A stretch of DNA of 64,000 nucleotides. It comes from Rhynchobatus australiae (Eukaryota). Under the pieces are notes generated by a model, which saw nothing but the letters and a program-made list of their open reading frames with translations, ran no database searches and was not told the DNA's origin. Shown in pieces: positions 1 to 11,190 of this stretch. Position 1 is the stretch's first letter. The number at the start of each line of letters is the position of its first letter. The stretch covers positions 4,088,957 through 4,152,956 of the forward strand of contig JAUZTB010000042.1 in the NCBI GenBank assembly GCA_034780895.1, written 5' to 3'. Both the position numbers and the translations under genes were made by a program.

Positions 1-179
1 GGAGGGAATAAAAGCTGCTTCATTATCCTAATGCTTTTTACTATCTTTTTTGTTATAATGTTGAATCTTGCCTCCAGCAGACTTTCTACAGGAGCTCAGT
101 GAATCTTTAGACATAAAGGGAAACTGTTCAGGCTGGGGTGGTTACAGTCCAGAACCAAGCCTCCCTGGCAGATGGATGT

Positions 180-940
180 TTGCACTTGAGCATGCTCAGT
201 GGCTGCAATGCTTGTACTGAAGTGCACAAGATGATGTCTTATATTCAGCATCTGCAAGGCCAAGGTCCTCTGCAAACCTGCCTCTGCTTCACCACACTAC
301 CCTCCAACAATAAAGGTTCATGGAAAGATCCCATGATATATGGGATCACTTCCATATTTTGGGAGCTACGTTTCACTGAAGGCAGACATTGATGCAGTTC
401 ACCGCTACCCTTCAACGTATCAGTACAGCCTTTGGTCAATCGAGGAAAAAGTTGTACGAAGATCAGGATCTCAGACCCAGTACAAATCCTGTAGTCCATC
501 AGGAAGCAGCAATTCCTGCTTTCCTGGATGATTCTGAGACCTGGACTTCCTCACGAATATTTATCAAGACAGGAAAAATACTACTAATGCTGTCACTGGG
601 GAAAAATACTCCTCCTTTTCAACATTTACACAGGGCTGCTGCGCCTGATGCATGACCCTGAGAGTCTCAAAATTGTGCTCAATGCTTCTCATTTGGAAAA
701 ACAACAGACTAGAGAATCTCTGGAGTTATAAGGGATGTTGTATCTTTCAAGGAGGCTCTGAACATATCCTCAAACCTTTTTTTCTCTGTGTGCCTGTTAA
801 TTTCTTTGACTCTTGAGCTCCTTGTTTCAGGTTCCTCACAAACTATCCACCCATGTGCTATGCCAGCCACCACATGCCCCATCAATTTCCACATTGGTCT
901 CGTTATTAACCTCAGAACCCATGACCAAAGTGCAAGTCTG
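180..940 (+). mobile_element. Decayed RTE-clade LINE 3' half with an internally inverted segment (~635-815)
   Basis: The + frames give PYFGSYVSLKADID and TAFGQSRKKLYEDQDLRPST...DSETWT (RTE thumb region). The - strand gives KKRFEDMFRASLK. An RTE-like 3' end (cacattggtctc...cctcagaacccat) lies on + at 850-940. Confidence 0.7.
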
Positions 941-1370
941 TGACCAGTGGTGTCTGTAAGGATCAGTGCTGGGACCTCTGATATTTGTACAAAGAAGTAG
1001 CTGGGCTAATTAAGTCTGCAGATGAGACAGAGATTGGTAGAGTTGCAAATAGAGGAGGTTGTCAAAGGATTCAGTAGAAAACCAGTTGGAAATGGGTGCT
1101 GAGAAATGGCAGATGGAGTTTAATATGGGTATGTGAGGTGTTTGGTACAATAAATGGCAGGACAGGTGAGGGGATTTTTTTCCCCATTGGTCAGTGCCTG
1201 AAACGTCCTGCCAGGGAGGGTGGTTAAAAGCAGATACAAGAGCAACAATTAGTGTTTAGACAGGCATATGAGCAAGCGGAGAAGAGAGGAGTGCAGACCA
1301 TGTGCAGTTTTAATTGGCATCAAAGTCAGCACAGACTTCATGGGCTGAAGGGTGTGTTCCAGGGCAGTTC
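941..1370 (+). mobile_element. CR1-type LINE fragments with 3' tail
   Basis: ggatcagtgctgggacctctg (GSVLGP motif), gcagatga (ADD-like), aaatggcagatggagtttaat, and tail atgggctgaagggtgtgttcc. Confidence 0.8.
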
Positions 1371-2699
1371 TAAGAAGGTGTCTTTGNNNNNNNNNNNNNN
1401 NNNNNNNNTGGGATGACCCAAGAGAGGAATGGGAAAAACCAGTGAAGTTTTTATGCAGTTAAAACGGTTTTTTAACTAATCTTGTGGTTCATTGGAATGA
1501 TCAAAATCCCATGTCTGTTAGAATAGATGTCTAAAACAGTAACAGAGTACACACATTCAAGCAAATGATTGTGACCAGGTTAAATGTGGGGAAAGCTATG
1601 GTTTAGAGTCTAGTTGGCACTGATTTAAAATTTTGGATAGTGAGGGGCAGCATTTTTTTTACATAGTTGTGATATGGATCTCTTAATTTGGATATAATCA
1701 ATCAATGTCTTGAAGTTAGTTAAGTGGGGGAATGGGGCTGATGAAATAACTGTCAAAGTTGAAAGAGACTTCATGGGCAGAATGGCTTCCTCCTGAAATA
1801 TTCACCACAATTCTGTCTTTGGAACATCTGGTGGCAACATTTTGTGTAAAGCTTACTGTGGTGTCCTGCCTGTGAAATGAACAGAAGTAAAAGATGAACC
1901 AACAAATATTTGGCCATCTTCCCAAGTTCTTGTGTGCAAAATATTATCTTGTTGAAGCGTATTTGTGCCTCTTGTACCTCCACTATAGTAATGAGATAAG
2001 CAGGCTTTTAATTTTCCTTTTCCTCACGGGAACCATGTACACAAGGAGGAAACTGTTGAAGTAATGGTATCTTGACTGCAAGACAAATGTGACCAATGTT
2101 TTTCAAACTGACCCTGGTCTTCATCACACGATCTCTGACATGACGTTCATAGACGGCAATCTGGGACACAGTTAATTGCCATTTGGAAAATTGAATAAGT
2201 AAAAGTTGGCATGGATTTGTTAAAGGCANNNNNNNNNNNNNNNNNNNNNNNNNNNNNNNNNNNNNNNTTTTTATTTATATGTAGATATTTGATTACCATG
2301 TTATGGATATTAGCAAAATTTAACACCTGGGAACAAAAGACAGGTAGCAGCAGGGTTACAAAGCTGGTTAATGGATAGGAAGCTAAGTGTAATGGTAAAT
2401 GGTTGCTTATCAGCCTAATGGAAGTTAAACAATGCCACTTGCCAGTGTCAGTGATTTGCTTTTGATCATTTGGTCATCTAAATTTTAGTATACAGGATAT
2501 AATTACATAACTTTGAAGTTTGTAAGTCTCGAGTTGGATTAACATAGTAGAAGATTTTGGGAGAAGTTTTGAATACGTGCAGAAACATGTGAAGTGACAT
2601 CTCGGTCATAACGATTGGAAGAAGCAATATTAAGAACACTTTTGGAAAGGATGCGGAAACAGAAATATTTGGAGGTCCTGGAGAGATACAGCATGGAGA

Positions 2700-3290
2700 C
2701 GGATCTTTTCAGCCCACCAGATCCACATCGATTGTCAAGCAACCATTGTTACACCCCTCATCCAAAGCCTAACCCATTGTATACTCGATTGGCAGAATTT
2801 GTCCTTGCACTCAACAATTTCTTTCGATTCCACTCATTCTCCAGATTCAGGGTGTAGCTATCGGAACCTGCATGGGCCCTAGCTGTGCCCGGGTTTGCGC
2901 TAGATCGGCGGAATAGTCCTCGTTCCGGACTAATTTAGGATTACTTCCGCCAGCGCTTCCTCGGACAACTGTTTTGGTGTGCTTTGTTCATCCATACAGA
3001 ACGCAAATGTTATCACTTTCTCTACCAGTTTCTACCCTGCTCTCATTTACATGGTCCATCTCTTATGCTTGCTAGACCTTTGCCTTCATCTCAGGAGATC
3101 GGCTAGCCGCTAATGTCATCTTTGCTCCAATGATGAGGCCTTCTCTGCCTCTGTAATGTCCTTCTTCCGAAATTGTGGCTTCCCCTCTGCCAGGATAGAT
3201 GAGCTCTCAACCGTATTTCCTCCAGTTCCCACACATTTCCTTTCACCCCTTATCCCTGGAACTCTCCTTCCACGCCACCAGCCTTCATAT
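2700..3290 (+). mobile_element. Penelope-like element reverse-transcriptase fragment (decayed)
   Basis: RLAEFVLALNNF followed, after a frameshift, by QIQGVAIGTCMGPSCA, matching the PLE RT motif GVAMGTRMGPSYA. Confidence 0.8.
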
Positions 3291-4480
3291 TGAGGTGAAT
3301 GGTATGTTTCTGAAAATATGCAGAGCAAGCTATAACTTTTTAAAAAATAAAACTGCCTTGGAATTAAATTGTACTAAGCTTTCCTAAAATGCAGGCTCGA
3401 CCTTGGGTGCCAGATCGTTCGTGGGCACCAATGCCAGGGAGGGGAGAAAGGTGTTTTAGTCATTGGAGAGGTGTTGAGAGATGGACTGAAATTAGAGGGA
3501 TTTCAGTTATGTGGAGAGAATTCAGAAACTTGTGTTTTGGAGTGTAGTGATTGAGTTTTGTTAGAGTGATAATACGTGTAAACTTCATTAAAAATTTGCA
3601 TAGTGTAAATGAGAAAGTCTTTCCAATGGCAGAAGGTTCACTTGCCAGAGGGGAGAGATATAGGCATTTGGCAGGGAAATGTTTGTACAAAATAAGTTAT
3701 GATCTCTTAAGCACTGCCCAGTAGGATGCAATAACTGTCTGAAGGAGTTTGGGTAAACACTCCAAGTGAAACGGACTCTTGTTCCTAATTTGGCGAGTGG
3801 ATTTAATTGGATTGCTTTCTAGGACAGCTAGGACTGACACGGTAGGCCAAATTTCCACCATCAGTGGTGGGGTGATTCTGATTCCAACAAAGGTGGCTAT
3901 GGTGTGCCAGCTCATTCATAATGCACTGATGCTCAAATCCAGAAGGACGTTTGTTCCTTCAATATTGCATTGGATACTTCAAATATTGCCATCCTGATAT
4001 CATTGGTCAGCAGAGGGCAATCTTCACATGTGTATGACTCGGAATGAATGGAATTTCAGAATACATACTTTAAATTGACCAATGCTAAAAATTTTAGAAA
4101 ATGTAATCAGTGAAATATTGCTATATTGTGTCCATTATTTGAAGATACAGTGTCAAATATGAAACTTAAGGGGTTCTTCTGATGTTTTGCTGCTGCAAAG
4201 TAGCTAGATTCTGTAGCCTCTATTGTTATGCAGAGTACTCTGTATGTGTACAATTGAAACAGGTTGTACCATATAGTTGTTACCTTTTTTGTGTTGAGTG
4301 TGAGTTCATAGTACCTCGGATATTTTTGTTCAATTAATNNNNNNNNNNNNNNNNNNNNNNNNNNNNNNNNNNNNNNNNNNNNNNNNNNNNNNNNNNNNNN
4401 NNNNNNNNNNNNNNNNNNNNNNNNNNNNNNNNNNNNNNTAGTAACTCGGATATTTTTGTTCAATTAATATTTGAAGTAAA

Positions 4481-4680
4481 GCGCAATGGTATTACAGTGC
4501 CAGCGATCGGTGTTTGATTCCCGTCGCTGTTTGTAAGGAGTCTGTACGTTCTCCCCTGTCTGCGTGGGTTTCCTCCAGGTGCTCTGGTTTCCTCCCGCAT
4601 TCTAAAGACGTTTTGGGATTTAAAATGGGCGGTGCAGACTCATTGGGCCAGAAGGGCCTGTTACCACACTGCAAATAAAA
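4481..4680 (+). mobile_element. tRNA-derived V-SINE (HE1-like) with CR1-derived tail
   Basis: B-box-like gtttgattccc, core gggtttcctccaggtgctctggtttcctcccgca, tail gggccagaagggcctgtt. Aligns with the copy at 54381-54617. Confidence 0.85.
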
Positions 4681-5179
4681 CTTAAATTTAAGAAGTTTAA
4701 TTTAAAATTATAAATTTTTTTAAAAATTGAATTTAAAACTTAAGGAAAGCAACTTAATGCCCTGAATACATTTCACGCTGGCCATTTTCAGTCAAGGAAG
4801 CTGGAAGTTCAGAATCTTGCCCATGATAACGACCAGTAGCCAGTCCTCAACTAAATATTGAAAAATTATGGACTGAGACCTACCAATTCAGTTATAAACC
4901 TTATTGCCAATGTGTGACCCAAAATAGTAACAACGGTGACTGTGGCTTCAGATACAAACAGGAAAGGCACTCTGCATGAAGATGTTTCATTTATTGATAA
5001 TCTCTGGAGTTTAAGAACGTTAGTTGTCAGTCAGATCTGAGGACCTTTTGGTGTTCTGGAGAAACCCAATAGCAACTATTATTGTAGAACTCAAGTAAAT
5101 GCCCTTTTGTCTCCACATACCTGCTGTGCCATTTAGTGAGGTCATGCTGATCTTTCACCTCGGCTATTTTCCTGAACTA

Positions 5180-6330
5180 ACCTTTGATTCCCTCAACATC
5201 TGAAAATGTATTTAAGTGTCTCCTGAATGATCAGCATTCCAGTTTGCCCTCTTGGGTTGTGATTCACCTCATCCCTTAATTTAGTGACACCTACTCAGGG
5301 ACTGGCACACTGACATCTACCTTGTCAAGTATCGTAAAATAAAACTTAAACAATTCAGTGAGATAACCCGCCATCTTTCTAAAAGCTAAAGATTGCAGGC
5401 CAAGTTTACTCTATCTCTACTCTTAAGACAGCCCCACCTTCTCAGGAATCAATTTGGTGAACCTTTTCTGCACTTGGGGTCAAATATTTTGGGAGTGGTT
5501 GCACCAGGGCTCCATTGAATTGGAGAGTAATGTCTTATTCTTGCATTCCAATCCTCTTGCAATAAAGGCCAAGGTATTGTTAACTTCCTAATTACCTGAT
5601 GATCCTGTATACTGACTTCCAATGATTTGTGTCCAAGGGTTCCCAGGTCCTTCAGAGTACCAAGATCTTGATATATTTTTGCCATTAAAAGAAAAAGTGT
5701 GCCTTTTCTATTTAGCTGAAGTGGATAACCTCTCAACTTTCAGCACTCCATCTGCCTTGTCCTCTCCCATTTAAGTTAATTATTTTACCCCCCAAAGCTT
5801 CTCTGTATCATTCTTATGCAGACACTGCCACCTAGCTTTGTACCATCAGCCAACTTGCATCATCAATTACAAACTATACTGCAAGTTACAACCTCAAAGT
5901 TCATGCAGATGTGCTAAAGGTGATTTCCTTAACAGAAAGCCATGTAGACACCGTTCAACCCTATTATTTTCAAAGTGCTTTGCTACCTCTTCAATAATTG
6001 ATTCCAACATTTTAGTCATTACTGACTTCAGCCGAACTCGGCAATAGTTCCTTTCTTTTTCTCCCCCTCCTTTCTCAAATAGTGGATTGCTGTAATTTCT
6101 GCTTTCCATTCTCAAATCTATGGATTTAAGAAAATGACAACCAGGTTCCATCTTTATCACCTGCATAAACCTAGGATGCATGTGGTCATATTTGAGGCAA
6201 TATATCTTTCCATTTTTCTTTTGCTGTACTAGTTTTTTAATAATGCTGATTTCTTTAAACTTGCTCACACTAGACCTCTAGCTCTCCACAATTTCCTGGA
6301 ACTAGTGTAAGATTTCTCTTGTCTTTGAAT
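5180..6330 (-). mobile_element. Old CR1-type LINE fragments
   Basis: The minus ORF 5894..6268 contains KGGGEKERNYCRVRLKSVMTKMLESII...HGFL, a degenerate form of NYRPVSLTSVVGKLLESII...QHGF. Confidence 0.7.
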
Positions 6331-6387
6331 TTCTCTTGTGTCTTTGAGACAGCCATATTAATGTACTAATTTGAAGAACCAACTAAA

Positions 6388-6562
6388 CCGAGGCTGCAGA
6401 CTCGGCCAGCTCCATCACAGTCACAACCCTCCCTGCTATCGAGGACATCTTCAAGAGGCGGCGCTTCAAGAAGGCAGCATCCCTCATTGAGATCCCTCTC
6501 CAGGACATGCCCTCTTTCCTTTTACTGCCATTGGGGAGGCAGGACAGGAATCTGAAGACTCA
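6388..6562 (+). mobile_element. Rex1/Babar-type LINE 3' fragment
   Basis: Translates to DSASSITVTTLPAIEDIFKRRRFKKAASLI, then PGHALFPLLPLGRQDRNLKTH, the typical Rex/Babar C-terminus (HPGHALFSLLPSGRRYRSL). Confidence 0.75.
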
Positions 6563-7199
6563 TAGTAGGAGGAAAGGAATTACCGATGTTTTGGCTGGAT
6601 ACCCTGCATCAGGGCTCAATACTCTTGATCAAGTGGATTTGTCTGGCTCTCTACCTTGAAACAAGGCAGAACTTGATTAACGTGGCTGATTGCACACAGC
6701 AGGGTGTTTAAGAACTCTGAATAAGTCCAAGTGCAAGTTGTAAGCTTTTCAGTTGAAATATTGGCTTGAAGGATTGTTTTGATCTTTTCTGTGAAATTGC
6801 ATCAGTGACACAAATCAGTGCTGTCCCTATTACTTGCTAATATGCAGACATTGTGATGTATGAAACATATGCTGTTCTGTTTCCACATTTTGGTCTGTAT
6901 TAAACCAAATTTTCAAAGATGATTGTGCTGGCAGTCTTTAAGATTACACCTGACTGTTAGTAACAGATCAAAGTAAGAAAAAAGATTAATTTGGATTTTT
7001 AATAGGCCTTCAGCATAATTCTTGGGCTGTTCAAAGCATGAGTTAATGAAATGGAATTGCAGTAATTTCTCTGGGTGAATGAAGTTGATGAGACATTTGG
7101 TCAGTAATATAAGCTCAATGTGAGAACCTTCAGGGATTTAGTCCAGTTCACATGCGGAGCAGTTGCTTGAAGTTGAATTCTAGAATTATTAATCAGAAT

Positions 7200-8815
7200 T
7201 TAGAAAATTAAGTAGGGAATAAGGAAGAAGCAGAGATACTGAATTATTTTGTATTTGTTTTCACAGTAGATGTGAATACTAAAAATAAGAATTCAAATGG
7301 CAAAAGAGAGGAACTTAATCACCTATCATGAGAAACTACCAGGCAAACTGAAGGCTGACAAATCCTGTGCATCTGCCTGCCTGCATCCAGGACATTAAAA
7401 GAAATGGCTGCATAGTGGATGCGCATAGTAATCTTGGATTTGCGAGATTCTTGGAAGATCCCAACACAAGGTTTGAGAAAGAGAAAACTAGAAACTGGGT
7501 CAAATAGTCTTAAAATCTGTCACTGGGAGAGCTTTGGAGCCCATTTGTTGAGGAAGTGATCACAAGGCACATAATAAACCACGAGATGGTTACAGTGAGA
7601 TGTCATGGTTTACGAAAGGGAAATCAATTACAGTTACTTATTACGGTTCAAGAGCATAACTGTAGTATATTTGGATTCCTAAGAGACATTCAGTTCAGGT
7701 GTGAATGAATTGACCAATCGGCCAGGGCATGGTCATATATTAGTATAGATAAAAGGTTGCTTTTCTCCTTAATGGAGATTAATGGAGATCTGGGTGCTGG
7801 AAATCTGAAAGTGATTTTTTTCAAAATGAGTAGAATTCAAATGATTGAAGTTGCAGATAAGGTGCTGGAGTAGGCTGATCAAAGACAAGATCTGTGATAA
7901 GGTGGAAAAGAAACTGAATAACAAGTAACAGGTGCCGATGGGTCAAGGTGGTGGAAGTTTGATTGTGGATCTCTTAAACTCTATAGATTATGCCTGACCC
8001 GAGTACTTGAGCTTTGTTTTTAATACTAGTGACAAATAGTTCATTTTCAGGTTGGCAGATGTGATGTGGCCCCCAGAGGGATCAGTGCTGGGGCCTCAAC
8101 TATTTACTTTTCAATTTTGCTGTGGTTAACAAGTTCCAAGGAGGGCAGAGTCAGTAAGTAATGTCAATGGATAGTGAGTATGGCAGCTGGAGAATGAGGT
8201 GTGGTTATCCAGTTCGGTGAGAACAAAACGGCAGTATGTTTTTCAAATAGAATGAGACCATTAAATACTGTGTTTGGGGAGATTGTAGTCTCATTGTTAT
8301 AGAAAAATTAAATTAATATGCAGATACCACAAAAATAGAAATGCACATAATTGGAAATGGAATGCAGTCCAGTGCAATAGAAGTCGTAATGCTTTAGAGC
8401 CATGACTGGAATACTGTGGACAATTTTGGTTTCTGTGAAGGAATTAAAGGTTCTTGGGATGAAGAGGGTGGCCTTGTGAAAAATAATTGATCAAGTGTTT
8501 TGCTTTCTGAACAATCGATATAGAAACAGAAGTCCTGACGAAACATTGACAAAAGCTGATAGGGTGTTTCCTCTGGCAGTGGACTCTGGAATGAAAGGGT
8601 GCAGATGAAGTGAAGTTGCCTGAAAGTTGTGAATCTCGTGGAGTTGGGGCATGGGATGAGAACTGTGAATGCTGAATCACTTAAAATCTGCTTTGTATTG
8701 AATATACTTTGGGTAAATCAAGGGTTATGGGGAACAGGTAGGAAAGTGAGGGTTCGGCCAAGTTCAGTTTAGCAATATCTCAATAAATGGTAAAGTAGCC
8801 TTAAGGGGCCCTATT
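7200..8815 (+). mobile_element. Old CR1-type LINE, fragmented
   Basis: gctgacaaatcc...ctgcatccaggacattaaaagaa (DKSPG..HPRxLKE-like), catggtttacgaaagggaaatca, ccccagaggggatcagtgctggggcctcaact, gactggaatactgtggacaattttgg, and a CR1-like tail. Confidence 0.75.
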
Positions 8816-9009
8816 AAATATTATTTTTCACCATCCACATTCTTTCTAAACCAAGGCATTAATTATCACTTCCAAATAATCTTTAATTCAACAGCATTAA
8901 GGATTTGTGGAAATGGAAGCCAATTAAATTTGACTATTAGATTTTCGATGCATTATAACTAGAGTGCAACTTTCTCAATTATTGGGATAGATGATTTGTA
9001 TGGATAGAA

Positions 9010-11190
9010 TTTTTGGAGAATATGGCTGATATATCACCAACATCAGTGGGAGCTGTTGGGAAAATTACCAGCCTTCCACTCAACAGGGGGCATACACATT
9101 GTGAGTGCAGTGCCTTTATACATTACATTGCTTCATCAAGACAACTTCCATTGCCTTTGACTTCAATGATGAAGTTCCATTCCCCTCTCCTNNNNNNNNN
9201 NNNNNNNNNNNNNNNNNNNNNNNNNNNNNNNNNNNNNNNNNNNNNNNNNNNNNNNNNNNNNNNNNNNNNNNNNNNNNNNNNNNNNNNNNNNGCCAGAGGA
9301 ATGGTTAACATTGCTTGACCACCAGATTGACTGGGGCCATTGTAATCAATGCTATTTTAATTGAGGTGTGTTTGTTGCAAGACAAGTTTGTAAGGTCTCA
9401 AAGGGCAAGGACTCTTGCCACAGTCTTTGGAGTTAAAATGATTTATTCACAAAGATAAACGCAGGACAGGGTGAATGGGAATGAAAGCACTCATACACTT
9501 ACACGTGTGATCACAAATGAGGGGGAAATAGCAAGAAGGGTGAGACACATACACACCATTTCCACCCCCCCCCCAAAAAAAACTGGGTACAAACAAATCA
9601 AGGAAGAAACAAAAACAATACGGCACCTGTGCAAGCGTCGGCTGTATGCTCTACTTCGGACTCTCCTAACCCTTGTAGAAGTACACACTTACCGATGGTC
9701 TCTTTAGCATTGTTTCATGATCCCTGGAGCAATCAAGAGAGAACCATTCACATGTGGCATTCTTTATTGTGCTGGAGGGCTGGGTGGTCCAGCCCGGGTA
9801 GTTCAGACAAGCCAGTGGTTCAGGGCCAGGTACAAATTGTTTTCAGGGGCCAATGGCCAAGTGTGTGCACTAATGGGTGGCTGGAGCTAGACCTTGATTG
9901 ACAGTGATGTGGCTTTCGACCCAGGTGATCATTGGTGTCACAGGACAGCTATGACCCCTCACAAAACAGTGAGCCACAGATCTACAAAAATAGTAGGTCA
10001 GGCTTCACCTCGGCAAGGTAACATTGCATCTGATTGTGCAGTGCTTTTAACATAAACCCCATCTTTAGATCATGTCTTGCAATAAATGGGATTAAGGTCA
10101 CATAATTAGTTTTTAAGTGTGAATGAATTGCAACATCAGTTTTAATTGACTTATGAAGTTCCCTCCTAACCTTTTTTTCGAAGTCGTTCCTCCCAGATTC
10201 CTGGAAATTGGATATTTTGCTGTGTCCATGTTCTCAGAACTGGGGTATCTCGTTCATTGTGGTGCTGCTTCCAGATTCCCAAAGAGGAGGGGCACTGTTT
10301 CTCTGTTGGGACTTCAGTCATCTATCATTGCTTTGGGCGATGGCTGCCTCAGATTTGCAGTTTTTCTTTGACTCCCTGGAGTGATCTAGCATGCCTCTGA
10401 GTTGCTTTCAGTCAACTCTGCAGCCTTGGGATAAGGTTCAAAGGTGGTTGTTTGTGTCTTAGCATACTTGCTCTAAGTGGTTTTGTTCTGTTTTCCTCCT
10501 GTTTTTTGCTGCTCACCATTTCATTTTCCTATTGCCTCGCTACCTGGGCATGAGTGCATTTCAGTTTGTGCAAGGTTTATCATGCAGGCCAGCTTGGGCA
10601 CAAGGGTTGCAACATTTGGCTGCCTGACAGTTGAGTGTTTGCTGGCCCTCCTTTCTGCAACTTTGGCTGACAATCACAAGTGGGAAATGGTTTCATGCCC
10701 AGGTCTGCCACATGTTTGGCACACTCTGGGTTAACCCTTTTTAACCATGTCACCACAACTTGTACCAATGGAGAAATCTGATGGCAAATGGATTTTTGGC
10801 CATCCTTGTCTACTCCCATTGTCTTCTCTTAATTGCTCTTATGCCATGATGTGCTTGTCTACATCTTTGACATACCTTCTGAGGATCTCAAGGACAGGCA
10901 CCAATGGATTCAACGTATGGGCACAAGGATCCACTCTTTTTCTCTTATAGAAATGGAGCCTCCACAGTAAGCGATAACAAGTGTTTCCACACCCTTATCC
11001 AAGGATTTCAGCATTGTTAAGCAACCATCCACTTAAAGGATAGGTGAAAGCAGCCGCTGCGTTCAAATCTTGTCACAGGAACTTCTTTTCCAAAGCCAAG
11101 TGTTTTGAACAGCACCTTTTATGAAAGTTTGCTCCAAAGAGCTACAGGTTTCAAATGAACACGAATGGTGTTCAGATATGTTTGGGTTGA
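9010..11190 (-). mobile_element. Decayed Tx1-clade (L1 superfamily) element: ZCCHC3-like ORF1 plus N-terminus of the ORF2 endonuclease, interrupted by an LTR-like insert
   Basis: Manual minus-strand translation across stops and frameshifts gives LNTIRV..KVLFKTLGF..GCFHLSF; LNPLVPVLEILRRYV; IHLPSDFSIG..KG*PRVCQTCGRPGHE; SCRKEGQQTLNC; CCNPCAQAGLHDKPC; then YLAEVKPDLLFL*ICG, SIW..SSG, NVYAP and QQLPLML. Confidence 0.75.
9389..9963 (-). mobile_element. Probable solo LTR
   Basis: TG...CA ends with an imperfect terminal inverted repeat (tgtaagg / cctcaca). AATAAA on the minus strand at 9442-9447, near its 3' end. It cleanly interrupts the Tx1 endonuclease region. No TSD visible. Confidence 0.55.

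Noticed and set aside
1737-1775. CTGATGA...GAAA resembling an intact hammerhead core
   Set aside because: The stem II register is broken by extra bases, there is no stem I or III pairing, and it lies within a CR1-like 3' tail.
4680-4744. AT-rich quasi-palindromic tract
   Set aside because: It is a low-complexity SINE tail, and self-complementarity is expected from its composition.
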